Shown here: piece by piece, positions 1-9,906 of the stretch
Numbering within the stretch: position 1 is the stretch's first letter
Layout of the letters: the number at the start of each line of letters is the position of its first letter
Source of the DNA: Thermoplasmatota archaeon
GTDB taxonomy: Archaea > Thermoplasmatota > Penumbrarchaeia > Penumbrarchaeales > Penumbrarchaeaceae
Length of the DNA: 64,000 bases
Reading direction: 5' to 3'
NCBI GenBank assembly: GCA_025457865.1
Contig: JALOTP010000012.1
Location: 1,443-65,442, forward strand
Program-made: the position numbers and the translations under genes
The notes under the pieces: model-generated
What the model was told of the DNA's origin: nothing
Seen by the model: the letters and a program-made list of their open reading frames with translations, nothing else
The model's database searches: none

Positions 1-2193
1 GGCAACCTTTCGGCGGAGGACAGCAAGGGGAGATCGTTGGAGGAAGGAGATTGGATGAGGGGCGGTGACACCATACACCTATTTGGTCTTGCCAGGGCCT
101 ATGGTGACGCGGCCATACCAACATATATCAAACCGCCCGAGATAATCAAGATAGCCATAAAGGACCAGACCGGTGCGGTCTTCCTTTCCCAGAGCGGTCC
201 CGACCTTGATACTATGATCTATGTGGACCCGATATATCGCGAGATGGAGTATAAGCTCCTCTTCATCAATGTGACCAGCACAAACGATAAGTCAGATGCT
301 GCCATAAAGGTCTATTATGAGAACGGTTTCAACATCCTCATAGATTCCGACAATCCGGGTCTGCCGCAGGCGCTACAGGTCCTCCCGGACGGGCTGAGCG
401 ACCAACCGTCGAATTTCGATGATGACAGGCAGGTCTATCTGAAGTTCGATGATGCCCCGGACCAGTCCTCAGGGGTCAATAATTATTACATATCCGTCAA
501 CAGGCCCAAGAAGGATGCAAGGAACCCCATATCCCTCCCCAAGGGAAGCGGGAACATACAGCTGATAGACAACCTTCCCGAGGGCGTGTCGCGGATATAT
601 GTTTGGGCAGAGGACGTCGTGGGGAACACCGGCAACGATATCTTCATTGATGTCATGGTCGACCTTAGCGGTGTCATATTCTCTGACTTCTACCCTGTGA
701 CGGGAGTATGGCTGAGCACATTGAAGCCGACCTGTCAGATATTCATCAACGATACGGCGACGGGAGTGGACCCGTTCACAATAGAGTACGAGGTAGCCAC
801 CACCAAGGTGGGATTGGTTGGTAACTGGATGGCCGTTCAGGATGCCTATCTGCCCGGGACATCGCTTCGTGTCGTCATAAGGCCACTGCTGAAGAACGGC
901 AAGGACAACTGGATAAGGTTCCGCGCGAAGGATGTGGCCGGCAACGGTCCGACGGAGTCCGAGCCATACAATGTGTGGGTCGATGCCGAGGCACCAAAGG
1001 CAAAGCTGACCCAGCCCGATGAGAAGATCTATCATCCTAACCCATATCAGGTAGTGAAGATCCGCATGGATGATGGCCAGTCCGGGATAGATGCCCAGTC
1101 CATTGAGTACAGGCTCACAACAAGGGGACTGACGAAGTGGACCCCTTGGAAGGCCTATAGGGAGGGACTGAACGGAGCGACCATAACCGTAGAGCTCCGA
1201 GAGGTGTTCCGGATGGGTTCCGACAACTATGTTCAGGTAAGGGCCAGGGATGTCATAGGCAACCTTGTGGTCTCTCCCATCTACAATGTGAAGATCAATA
1301 CGATCCCGGTGCTCGTCATAACATCGCCCAATGAGGGGGATGACTATCGTGAGGACCAGGATATCGTGTTCGACGCATCCGGTTCGTATGATGTGGACGG
1401 GGACGGACTGCCGTCCATAACATGGATCGCTAGCGATGGGAAGACCCAGACCCCCATAGGAGAGAACACAGCCCAGGTCATAAGCAACCTCAAGCCTGGG
1501 ATGTGGACCATAACAGTGACCGCCAAGGACAAGGTGGGCAACGAGGTCATGAAGTCCTTCTCCCTTAATGTCATTCCGCAGCCACTACCCCCATCACAGC
1601 TCGATAAAGACCTTGACGGTATGCCGGATTGGTTCGAAAAGAAATTTCAGACCAAGGTCGATGAGAAGGACGAGATGGAGGACCCCGATAATGATGATTT
1701 CGTCAGCCTCTATGAGTATCAGAACCTGACCAATCCTCAGGACCCGAGGAGCCACCCCCCAATATATCTAGAGAACGAAGGTGAGGATGACCTGAGCCCG
1801 TTCTCCAAGACGATGTGGCCGATCTGGGCCCTTCTGGCCATCCTTGTGATTGCCATAATCGTAGTGATGGTCATTGCAAGGTCGAAGCAGGACAGGGCCG
1901 TAAAGAGGATCAAGGCCGTGAGGAACATGAGGAGGATCATGCCAAGTGTCTCTTGGGACCAGATCACCACGACGGCATATATTGCTCCGATGACACAGGG
2001 AGCGATGCTGCCCGGAGCAGCCGGGCCAGCTCTGCCGACGGCCACCCCCATGGTACCGTCCGACAGGACACTGCCGCCGGCCCCCGAGGCCGCTGTTCAG
2101 GCACAGCCCGCAGCAGAACCGGCACCAGCACCCGCTGGAACGTTCCAGGCCGCCCCTGCGCCTATGCAGTACTCTCCGCCTCAGGCCCAGTGA
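1..2193 (+). CDS. Large membrane-anchored extracellular protein, 5'-truncated by window edge (Ig/FN3-like and PKD-like domains, DxDxDG Ca-binding repeats, C-terminal TM helix, Pro/Ala-rich tail)
   Basis: Frame open from base 1; repeated 'RAKDVAGN/RARDVIGN' Ig-like ends; 'FDASGSYDVDGD' PKD-like motif; 'DKDLDGMPD'; hydrophobic 'WPIWALLAILVIAIIVVMVIA'. Confidence 0.8.
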   Translation, partial: GNLSAEDSKGRSLEEGDWMRGGDTIHLFGLARAYGDAAIPTYIKPPEIIKIAIKDQTGAVFLSQSGPDLDTMIYVDPIYREMEYKLLFINVTSTNDKSDAAIKVYYENGFNILIDSDNPGLPQALQVLPDGLSDQPSNFDDDRQVYLKFDDAPDQSSGVNNYYISVNRPKKDARNPISLPKGSGNIQLIDNLPEGVSRIYVWAEDVVGNTGNDIFIDVMVDLSGVIFSDFYPVTGVWLSTLKPTCQIFINDTATGVDPFTIEYEVATTKVGLVGNWMAVQDAYLPGTSLRVVIRPLLKNGKDNWIRFRAKDVAGNGPTESEPYNVWVDAEAPKAKLTQPDEKIYHPNPYQVVKIRMDDGQSGIDAQSIEYRLTTRGLTKWTPWKAYREGLNGATITVELREVFRMGSDNYVQVRARDVIGNLVVSPIYNVKINTIPVLVITSPNEGDDYREDQDIVFDASGSYDVDGDGLPSITWIASDGKTQTPIGENTAQVISNLKPGMWTITVTAKDKVGNEVMKSFSLNVIPQPLPPSQLDKDLDGMPDWFEKKFQTKVDEKDEMEDPDNDDFVSLYEYQNLTNPQDPRSHPPIYLENEGEDDLSPFSKTMWPIWALLAILVIAIIVVMVIARSKQDRAVKRIKAVRNMRRIMPSVSWDQITTTAYIAPMTQGAMLPGAAGPALPTATPMVPSDRTLPPAPEAAVQAQPAAEPAPAPAGTFQAAPAPMQYSPPQAQ

Positions 2194-2209
2194 ACGAAAG
2201 ATCGGCATG

Positions 2210-2237
2210 AAAGGGGCCTTCGGGCCCCTTTTTTTTT
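2210..2237 (+). terminator. Hairpin + oligo-T intrinsic terminator
   Basis: AAAGGGGCC-TTCG-GGCCCC-T9, 16 nt after the stop at 2193. Confidence 0.8.
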
Positions 2238-2297
2238 GTACATTCGATCTGGGTCCTCCATCATCTTTTTATCTCGAGCCTCACCTATGCCCATCCT

Positions 2298-2939
2298 ATG
2301 AAGCTCGCTATCTTCGGCCCCCCCGGTGCGGGGAAGGGTACACAATCCAAGACGGTCAGCATGAAGATGGGCATTCCACAGATATCCACAGGCGACCTGC
2401 TGCGGGCCGAGTCGAAGTCAGGTTCGGAGCTCGGTAAGATGGCAAGGTCCTATATGGATAGGGGCGCATTGGTCCCAGACCAGGTGGTCCTGGGCATGTT
2501 GAAGGACCGCCTACAGAAGGGGGACTGCAAGAATGGTTTCCTTCTCGACGGATTCCCTCGGTCCATCCCCCAAGCCGTGGCCCTGGAGGTCATAACTGAC
2601 CTCGACCTCGTCGTCAACATAGCGGTGGACGAGGAAAGGCTGTTGAAGAGGATAACGGGCAGGCGGATGTGCCAGTGCGGTGCCGCCTATCATGTGGAGG
2701 AGAAGAGGCCCAGGGTCGAGGGCAAATGCGACCTTTGCGGCTCCGCCCTCTATCAGCGGGATGACGATAAGGAAGCGACGGTGAAGAAGAGGATGGACGT
2801 TTACAGGTCCCAGACCGCCCCCTTACTGGAATATTACAGGCAGCGTGGACTTGTGAGGGACGTTGATGGGAACCGGTCCATAGATGAGGTAAGGGAAGGT
2901 GTGATGGGCGCGATAGATGGGGGGGCTCCGTTGAAATGA
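2298..2939 (+). CDS. adk: Adenylate kinase (long form, Zn-binding LID)
   Basis: GPPGAGKGTQ P-loop, ISTGDLLR, LLDGFPR, CQC...CDLC lid, QRDDD. Confidence 0.96.
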   Translation: MKLAIFGPPGAGKGTQSKTVSMKMGIPQISTGDLLRAESKSGSELGKMARSYMDRGALVPDQVVLGMLKDRLQKGDCKNGFLLDGFPRSIPQAVALEVITDLDLVVNIAVDEERLLKRITGRRMCQCGAAYHVEEKRPRVEGKCDLCGSALYQRDDDKEATVKKRMDVYRSQTAPLLEYYRQRGLVRDVDGNRSIDEVREGVMGAIDGGAPLK

Positions 2940-3871
2940 AGGTCCTCATCATAGGCGCCGGAGCCCTTGGCAGCCTCATAGGAGGCCTGCTATCCGGGCA
3001 GCATGAGGTCACCATCCTGGGCAGACCCGAGCAGGTCTGGGTCCTGAACAGGAAGGGGCTGAGGATAGAGGGCGTCACGAAGGGCGAGTTCCATCCAAGG
3101 GCCTCAGAGTTCATATCCAAAGGGGAGAAGTTCGACCTTGTCGTGCTCTGCGTCAAATCATACAACACGGAGATGGCCTTGGAACCCCTCTACCCACTGC
3201 TCGCAGAAGGAACATCCATACTCTCCCTTCAGAACGGCCTTGACAACGAGGAGAAGCTCCTCAAATTCATAGAGGGCAACGGGCTCACTGCCGAAGTGAT
3301 AGGCGGCATCACCTGTCATGGAGTGACCTACAAGGGGCCTGGACTTGTGAAACATGCAGGGACCGGGGAGACCATCATCGGTCATTATGGAGGGACCGCA
3401 CCGAGCAAGGACCAACAGGATTGGGTCCTGAGGATAGCGGGCATGTTCACGGAAGCTGGACTCGAGGTGGGGACGACGACCTGCATAAACAGGGAGCTAT
3501 GGGCAAAGACCGTGATCAATTCCGCCATCAATCCGCTCACTGCCCTGCTTGGGAAGCCCAACGGTGTGATCCTGGAGGATGCGGGGGTCAACGAGACGGC
3601 AAGGGACCTCATAGCCGAGGGTGTGGCCATAGCCAGGCTCCATGGGCAGGACCTGACCGTGGAGGAGACGGTGGAGCGCACGATGAGCGTGGCCCTAAGG
3701 ACCAGCCGCAATGTCTCTTCGATGTACCAGGACATCCGAAGGAAGAGGAGGACCGAGGTGGATTCCATCAACGGGGCCATATGCGCCAAGGCTGAGGAGA
3801 TGGGTGTTAAGGCCCCCCTCAACAGGACCATGGTCCGGCTCATAAAGGCCCTTGAGGAGAAGAACCTATAG
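2936..3871 (+). CDS. panE: 2-dehydropantoate 2-reductase
   Basis: GAGALG Rossmann motif, VKSY, LQNGL, WAKTVINSAINPLTA, SSMYQD, TEVDSING; ATGA overlap with adk. Confidence 0.93.
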   Translation: MKVLIIGAGALGSLIGGLLSGQHEVTILGRPEQVWVLNRKGLRIEGVTKGEFHPRASEFISKGEKFDLVVLCVKSYNTEMALEPLYPLLAEGTSILSLQNGLDNEEKLLKFIEGNGLTAEVIGGITCHGVTYKGPGLVKHAGTGETIIGHYGGTAPSKDQQDWVLRIAGMFTEAGLEVGTTTCINRELWAKTVINSAINPLTALLGKPNGVILEDAGVNETARDLIAEGVAIARLHGQDLTVEETVERTMSVALRTSRNVSSMYQDIRRKRRTEVDSINGAICAKAEEMGVKAPLNRTMVRLIKALEEKNL

Positions 3872-3897
3872 ATAATGGCCGCTCATGGGCCCATCGT

Positions 3898-6102
3898 TCA
3901 AGAGAAGAATGAATCGATCACGGATTCGAGGGGCCTTCCAGGTATGGTCCGAGGGTATGCTTCTGGCGGCAGGAACTTCAGGTACCTCTCATCGGAAAGC
4001 CTCTTCTCCATCATCACTATGACGGAGCGGTCGCTCTCCGACCTGGTGGAGCGGCCAGCCGCCTGGAGCACCCTGTTGACCGCGGGATAGACGTATGCGT
4101 ACTCATCACCCTTGACCGCACCGAACTTGCCACGGTAGAGCCCCCTTAATGCCTTTGTCTCAAGTGTGGGCGGGGCGAATGGAAGCCCTATGACCAGGAC
4201 TCCGGAGAGGAGGTTGTCCTTGTAATCCACCCCTTCCGAGAGTGACCCCCCCATTACGGCCAGTAGAAGGGCCCCACCCCTTTCCTTGGACCTTTCCAGC
4301 TCCCGGATGATGCCATCCTTCTCCTGGCGCCCCATCTGCCTTTCCTCGACGAGCACCTTCTTGGGGCAGCCCCACAGGTTCTTCTTGACCTCGTTCATAA
4401 GCCCGTAGGAGGGAAAGAATGCGGCCACGTTCCCCGGGAACCTTCCTGTCAATGATACGACCCTCTCGCCCGTAACCCTGAACATGTTCTCGTTCCTTGA
4501 TGTGTATGCGGTCGTTACGGACCCATCGAGGAGGACCAACCTGTTCTCCCTCGGGAACGGGGAGGGATAGACCCGCTCCATCCTCCTGTCCCTTGGAACA
4601 CCGAGGACGTCACCGAACATCCCGGGGGGGGAGAGCGTCCCGCTCATGATGATAGATGCCCGGCAGGACCTGAGGACGGGGGCAGAGATGTCCGAGGGGT
4701 CCAGGTCCTTGTATGACAGCCTTAGGGATTCCACGCTCCTGCCGTCCGGGACCTGCAGGAAGAGCAGATGCGACGGTCTGAGCTCGAAAAGGCCCTCGAG
4801 ATGGTCTGAGATCAGTAGCAGCGGGTCCTCGTCCTCGGGCAGGCCGCGCCTCTTGGATGCATCGATGAGGAGGTCCGGTAGGGCCACGGGGTCCAGAGGC
4901 CTATCAAGGGCACCCTCGACAGCGCTCTTAAGCTCCGAAATGAAGGCCTTTTTATCAAGTTCCAGCTCCCAGGGCCCCCTCACGTCCTTTCCGGCCTTAC
5001 CAATGAGCAGGTCCCTAATGGCCGCAAGTGGCAGGGAGAGGGTGGGTGTCCCCCTGACGATATCTATGGCGTCCTGGACGAGCCGAAGGGAGAGGTCGTT
5101 CGATCCCTGAGAGCGGATCCTGTCGGGGAGGTTATGCCCCTCATCGACTATGACCATTATGTCCGAGATATCCTTCCCGATCCCAGAAAGGACCATTGCG
5201 GACAGATCGGAGAAGATGTGGTTGTAATCGCAGATGAGCACGTTCGCTTCCCTGGCGGCCTCAAGTGCGGCCTTATGGGGGCAGACCCTCATCCTCGCGC
5301 TCTCATCGACTATCCAGTTGACATCGTGGACCTCTGAGAGGATGGCCTGGACCAGGGTCCGGGACGGAGTTTTACCGTAAGGGCAGGTCTGGTCCTTCGT
5401 CTGTATCCTGCAGGCGAAGTTGAAGCTCGAGTGCGGGAGGTGCGATATTTCCCTGGGGCACATCGATTGTTTGGATGTCATGTCAACTACCTTGAGGGCC
5501 TTCCTGGTCCTGGCCTTCAACCTCCTCATGGTATCGACCGCTATGGAATGCTGGGACTGTTTTGATGTTAGGAATGTGACAAGTTTTTCCTCCTCTAGGG
5601 CGACCTCCAGGAAGGCCGATAGGGAGGCAGCGGTCTTTCCAAGTCCCGTTGGCACGTTCGCAAGCAGGCATATGCCCTTCTCCGCGGACGTCTTCGCATC
5701 CTGCATGAACTCGCTCTGACCAGGTCTTACCAGATCAAAGGGGAAGAAGTCAGGTGCCTTGAGCACGGCCGTCCGAGCCTCTGCATCCTTGACCTCAGGA
5801 CCCACCTTCATGGACCGGAAGGGGACCGAGTCCTTCCTGTTAGGTGCACATTCTCCCTCGTGCTCACCTTTCCTTCCGTGAACGAACCGCTCTCCGAACC
5901 TGGAGCTCTTAGGGCTCACTCCCCTCTTCAGGGCGAACCTGTCGCAGCCGTCCCTCTGCTCGAGGCCCGTTTGCTCTGTTCTCTGCAGCGGGGTAGAGGC
6001 ACCAGAGTGCGAAGGCCCGCATCTGGGGCAGACCCTTAGGGCCTCACCGCCGGACATGTCGGTCCTCAAGAGGGACCCGCATCTCTCGCAGAAGGGCTTC
6101 AT
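3898..6102 (-). CDS. XPD/Rad3-family Fe-S DNA helicase with N-terminal zinc ribbon
   Basis: RPGQ Q-motif, PTGLGKT, four Fe-S Cys, DEGHNL, SGTLSP, SEGVDY, QAAGR; start chosen at MKPFCERCG (alternative 6141). Confidence 0.9.
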   Translation of the reverse strand: MKPFCERCGSLLRTDMSGGEALRVCPRCGPSHSGASTPLQRTEQTGLEQRDGCDRFALKRGVSPKSSRFGERFVHGRKGEHEGECAPNRKDSVPFRSMKVGPEVKDAEARTAVLKAPDFFPFDLVRPGQSEFMQDAKTSAEKGICLLANVPTGLGKTAASLSAFLEVALEEEKLVTFLTSKQSQHSIAVDTMRRLKARTRKALKVVDMTSKQSMCPREISHLPHSSFNFACRIQTKDQTCPYGKTPSRTLVQAILSEVHDVNWIVDESARMRVCPHKAALEAAREANVLICDYNHIFSDLSAMVLSGIGKDISDIMVIVDEGHNLPDRIRSQGSNDLSLRLVQDAIDIVRGTPTLSLPLAAIRDLLIGKAGKDVRGPWELELDKKAFISELKSAVEGALDRPLDPVALPDLLIDASKRRGLPEDEDPLLLISDHLEGLFELRPSHLLFLQVPDGRSVESLRLSYKDLDPSDISAPVLRSCRASIIMSGTLSPPGMFGDVLGVPRDRRMERVYPSPFPRENRLVLLDGSVTTAYTSRNENMFRVTGERVVSLTGRFPGNVAAFFPSYGLMNEVKKNLWGCPKKVLVEERQMGRQEKDGIIRELERSKERGGALLLAVMGGSLSEGVDYKDNLLSGVLVIGLPFAPPTLETKALRGLYRGKFGAVKGDEYAYVYPAVNRVLQAAGRSTRSESDRSVIVMMEKRLSDERYLKFLPPEAYPRTIPGRPLESVIDSFFS

Positions 6103-6177
6103 GGCAGTGACCACCGTTGCATTCCCACGGACCAGGGGCATCCCTTATTATAGGGGACCGCAGGGAGGGGAACGAAA

Positions 6178-6945
6178 TTACCCGAGGACCTCCAGGTGCA
6201 TCCCGCCCTCTAACCTGTGGATCGACGAGCTGACACCGAAGGCCGTTCTGATGTTCTCGGGCGATAGGACATCCTCAGGAACGCCCATTGACACGACCTT
6301 GCCCTCCTTGAGGAGGATGGCCCTGTCGCAGAACCTCAGGGCCGTGTCAAGGTCATGGAGCACAGCGGCGACCGCAAGTCCCTCACCCCTGCCAAGACGT
6401 CCGAGCGTTCTCATTATCGAGAGCGCGTGTCGGACGTCCAGGCCTCTGGTCGGCTCATCCAGGAGCAGTGCCTGGGTCGATTGGGCAAGGGAGCGGGCTA
6501 GATAGACCAGCCTCCGCTCCCCGCCGCTGAGTTCGGACATCTGTCTCTCCCTCAGCTGGAGTATACCGGCCCTTTCAAGGGCCTCGGTTACGGCAGCGGA
6601 GTGACCGTTCCTGCCGTTGCGCCACACTCCCATCCAGGGATAACGCCCCATCGTTACCACCTCCCCCACCTTGAAATCGAACCCTGGCTCGGTCTCCTGC
6701 GGGACCACAGCGATCCTCCTTGCAACGTCCCTGGCGGGTATGGCCCCTATATCGCATCCATCGAGCTCAACGACCCCCTCGAACGGCTGGATAGAACCAT
6801 AGAGGCATCTGAGGAGCGTGGTCTTCCCAGAACCGTTTGGCCCCATGATGCCCAGGAGCTCCCCTTCACGGACAGAGAGGTCAATTCCGTCCAGGACCGG
6901 GGCGGATCTGGAATAGCCGGCTGTCAGCCCGGAAGCCCTGATCAT
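6178..6945 (-). CDS. Cobalamin/iron-siderophore ABC transporter ATP-binding subunit (BtuD/FecE-like)
   Basis: GPNGSGKTT, LSGGE, LLDEPT, VLHDL; start set by ATGA overlap with the permease. Confidence 0.9.
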   Translation of the reverse strand: MIRASGLTAGYSRSAPVLDGIDLSVREGELLGIMGPNGSGKTTLLRCLYGSIQPFEGVVELDGCDIGAIPARDVARRIAVVPQETEPGFDFKVGEVVTMGRYPWMGVWRNGRNGHSAAVTEALERAGILQLRERQMSELSGGERRLVYLARSLAQSTQALLLDEPTRGLDVRHALSIMRTLGRLGRGEGLAVAAVLHDLDTALRFCDRAILLKEGKVVSMGVPEDVLSPENIRTAFGVSSSIHRLEGGMHLEVLG

Positions 6946-7979
6946 GAGGGAACCCTCCTCTTCACCGATAACAAGTATAGGAAGAAACCGCCGCCCAGTA
7001 CACCCGTGACCATTCCAAGGGGTAGGGCGATCTCCAGGGCTGACCTTGATATCAGATCGCATAGGACCAGGAAAGATGCGCCCAGGAGAGCGGATGCGGG
7101 CAGCAGGGTCCTATTATCGGGCCCAAGCAGTTTCCTCGCCGCATGGGGGACAATAAGTCCCACGAACCCAATCATTCCGCAGAATGGTATGGAAACGGCG
7201 CTGACCAGACAGGAGAGGCCCAGGACCGCCGCCTTGCTCCTCTCCACGTTGACACCCAATCCCCTGGCATCTTCCTCTCCGAAGGAGAGGGCGTTTATGT
7301 CCCTGGAGAAGGTGATCAATAAGACCGTACCAACCAATACGACCGGGGCGACTATTGCCACCTCCTCCCAAAGGGAGTTGGAGCATGAGCCCATCAGGGA
7401 GAATATCAGCTGGGATGGTGTCTCGGAGAACATGTATATCATCACCTGGGTCACGGATGTGAGGGTGGCAGAAACGGCGATGCCGGCTAGGAGGAGGTTG
7501 TTGAGGGGAAGCCGGCCGCCGACCTTTGCAACGGTATATGCCGCTATGACGGCCAACAGAGAGAAGACGAAGCTGAAGAGGGCCCTCAGGGCATAGATGG
7601 GCACACCTTCAAGGTCCCTTGTCAGGATGAGGGCGACGACCCAGCCGAACGCACCCCCGGCGGAGATCCCCAGTATGAAGGGGTCCACCAGCGGGTTCCT
7701 GAACAGTCCCTGCATTGACGCCCCGGACACCGAGAGCCCCGCCCCCACGAACAAAGCCATGGCCGCAACGGGGAGCCTTAACCTCCAGACGACGGTCCCG
7801 ACCCACTGGGGGGGCTCACCGACCAGGGGCCCCAAGAAGGGAATGGGCGAGAGGAGGGCCTTTAGGATGTTCGACAATGGGATATTGACAGGTCCGACCG
7901 CCGTAGCAAGTGCCACTGAGACCAAAAGGAGCAGAAGCAGCCCCGGGAAGATGATCGCACGGCCTACCCTTGCCATCAT
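6942..7979 (-). CDS. Cobalamin/iron-siderophore ABC transporter permease (BtuC/FecCD)
   Basis: QGLFRNPLVDPFILGISAGG, IGFVGLIVPH; ATGA overlap with the binding protein. Confidence 0.92.
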   Translation of the reverse strand: MMARVGRAIIFPGLLLLLLVSVALATAVGPVNIPLSNILKALLSPIPFLGPLVGEPPQWVGTVVWRLRLPVAAMALFVGAGLSVSGASMQGLFRNPLVDPFILGISAGGAFGWVVALILTRDLEGVPIYALRALFSFVFSLLAVIAAYTVAKVGGRLPLNNLLLAGIAVSATLTSVTQVMIYMFSETPSQLIFSLMGSCSNSLWEEVAIVAPVVLVGTVLLITFSRDINALSFGEEDARGLGVNVERSKAAVLGLSCLVSAVSIPFCGMIGFVGLIVPHAARKLLGPDNRTLLPASALLGASFLVLCDLISRSALEIALPLGMVTGVLGGGFFLYLLSVKRRVPS

Positions 7980-8941
7980 CCGCCACCCGTAACGTTCATG
8001 ACCAGTTCGTTGACCAGTTCCAATCCGTCTATGCACCTAGGTCCTGGCCTGTCCAACCAATCCCCCTCCACATCATACGCTCGCCCGTTCTTGACAGCCG
8101 TGATGTCCCTCCATGATGCGTCGTTGAGAATGGTCGATCTCGATGAAGTCGGCCACGTAACGCTCTGTGATGTTACGATGATATCGGGGTCGGACGCGAT
8201 CAAGCGCTCCACGGGGACCTGAACGTACATCCCACCTGTATCGCTCACTGCGTTCATACCGCCGGCCATCACAACCATGTCTCCGGAAAAGGTAGAGCCC
8301 GTGGCGGTCCAGGGGTCCGACGTCCCATCATAGTACACCACATGCAGGACCACAGGTCTCCCGGAAGCATCAATGGCCGCGGCCGCAGATATGACGACAT
8401 CGGCCCTGGCCTTAAGCTCCCCGACCACTTCGTTCGCCTCACTGGATGCTCCGAGCAACCTACCCACGTCCTCTATGTTCTCGAAGACGTCGTTAACGCT
8501 CCTTGGATAGACCCTGTAAACCGGTATGCCCAGTCCCTTGATGCCGTTGTAGGTCTCACCGCTTAGGTCCAGGGTCCTGTCCATGAGGACCAGGTCTGGC
8601 TCGAGGAAGGACAGCCTCTCAAGGTCCGGACCCTGCCAGGTGCTCACGATAAGGATGTCTTCAACTTCCGCCGGATAATTGCATGCACTGTCGCGCCCGC
8701 ATATCCTGTCCCCTCTGCCCAGGAGGAAAACGATCTCCGCTAGGGCCGGGCTGAGGGTCACTATCCTCATAGGCTCATAATGCAGCGTAATCGTGTCGCC
8801 CATGTCGTCCTTGTAACGAACGCCCTCTCCGCCCTCCTTTAGGCATCCTGCGGTTAGGACGGATAGGACCATGGTCGATAGAAGCAGGGATATTACCCCC
8901 ACCTTCATCCATCCTTGTATGGGACGCTTGTACATCTCCAT
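7976..8941 (-). CDS. ABC substrate-binding lipoprotein (BtuF/TroA helical-backbone family)
   Basis: Lipobox LTAGC, RIVTLSPALAEI, AVKNGR, RPGPR; GAGGTGA SD before ATG at 8941. Confidence 0.88.
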   Translation of the reverse strand: MEMYKRPIQGWMKVGVISLLLSTMVLSVLTAGCLKEGGEGVRYKDDMGDTITLHYEPMRIVTLSPALAEIVFLLGRGDRICGRDSACNYPAEVEDILIVSTWQGPDLERLSFLEPDLVLMDRTLDLSGETYNGIKGLGIPVYRVYPRSVNDVFENIEDVGRLLGASSEANEVVGELKARADVVISAAAAIDASGRPVVLHVVYYDGTSDPWTATGSTFSGDMVVMAGGMNAVSDTGGMYVQVPVERLIASDPDIIVTSQSVTWPTSSRSTILNDASWRDITAVKNGRAYDVEGDWLDRPGPRCIDGLELVNELVMNVTGGG

Positions 8942-9060
8942 CGTGTTCACCTCGAGAAGTTCTATTTTATTTGAGCGAAAAACAAGTAAACTTTATTATT
9001 ATCAAGTTCCTTTTAGTCCATAGACCCTATCGGCTATAATACGTTTTTCGAGGCCTGACC

Positions 9061-9882
9061 ATGGAACTTCTAAGGAGAAAGGGACGGACCACAAGGATGC
9101 TCATCCTGCTCAGGGCCGTTCTGGATGCCCCAAGGGACCAGAAGGCCCTCTCCGACTCCCTTGGCATCACCCCTCAGGCTGCTTCGCAATATCTCGGGAT
9201 TATGGAAGGCGAGGGGCTGATGGAAAGGACGAGAAAAGGACCTCGGGCCACAGTCAACGGCGTCGAGCTGCTCCACCGGGAGCTCCTATCACTCAAGGAG
9301 TTCGTGGATACGAGCATAATGGGGTTGGACATCGTTCGCTCGACCGATGCTGTGGCAAGGGGCAGGATACATAAGGGGGACAGATGCGCACTGTTCATGG
9401 AAGATGGCCTGCTCTTCGCTCAGAGCGGGAGGGAAGGCCCCTCCATCGGCAATGCCGAAAAGGATGCCGAAGACGGCTGCATGGTCCCCATCTCGGGGCT
9501 CTCAGGCGTCATGGAGCTCGAACCCGGGTCAATATGGCTCTTGAAGGTCACACCCGCGCGTTCCGGGGGAGAAAGCTTCCGTATCAGTATCAGGGACCTA
9601 CCCGGTCCGAAGGCCGGGAAGCGAGGATCAGGAACGAGGACAGCAGCCCTGGACATGGAGGCCCTAGCCCTTCTCAGACGTAGCGGTCTGAGGTGCGATA
9701 GCGAGCTCCCTCTGCCGGAGGATGTGAGGGCAATGCTGCTCCGGGGCCTTGACGTGATAGCGTTGGGTACCCCGCATTCGATATCAGGTCTCAGGTCCGC
9801 ATTGGGGAACTTGCCTCGCCGGATAGGGGAGGCGGAGGTCGGTCCTCGAAAGGGGGATGATGGACTCCAGAACAAAGGTTAA
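9061..9882 (+). CDS. Archaeal winged-helix transcriptional regulator
   Basis: N-terminal HTH 'QKALSDSLGITPQAASQYL'; divergent from the ABC operon. Confidence 0.7.
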   Translation: MELLRRKGRTTRMLILLRAVLDAPRDQKALSDSLGITPQAASQYLGIMEGEGLMERTRKGPRATVNGVELLHRELLSLKEFVDTSIMGLDIVRSTDAVARGRIHKGDRCALFMEDGLLFAQSGREGPSIGNAEKDAEDGCMVPISGLSGVMELEPGSIWLLKVTPARSGGESFRISIRDLPGPKAGKRGSGTRTAALDMEALALLRRSGLRCDSELPLPEDVRAMLLRGLDVIALGTPHSISGLRSALGNLPRRIGEAEVGPRKGDDGLQNKG

Positions 9883-9906
9883 AAGGGCTCAATCCATCCG
9901 TCTCCC

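Noticed and set aside
8951-9060. Cobalamin riboswitch upstream of the Btu-like operon
   Set aside because: The region is only about 110 nt of AT-rich promoter-like DNA with no B12-box.
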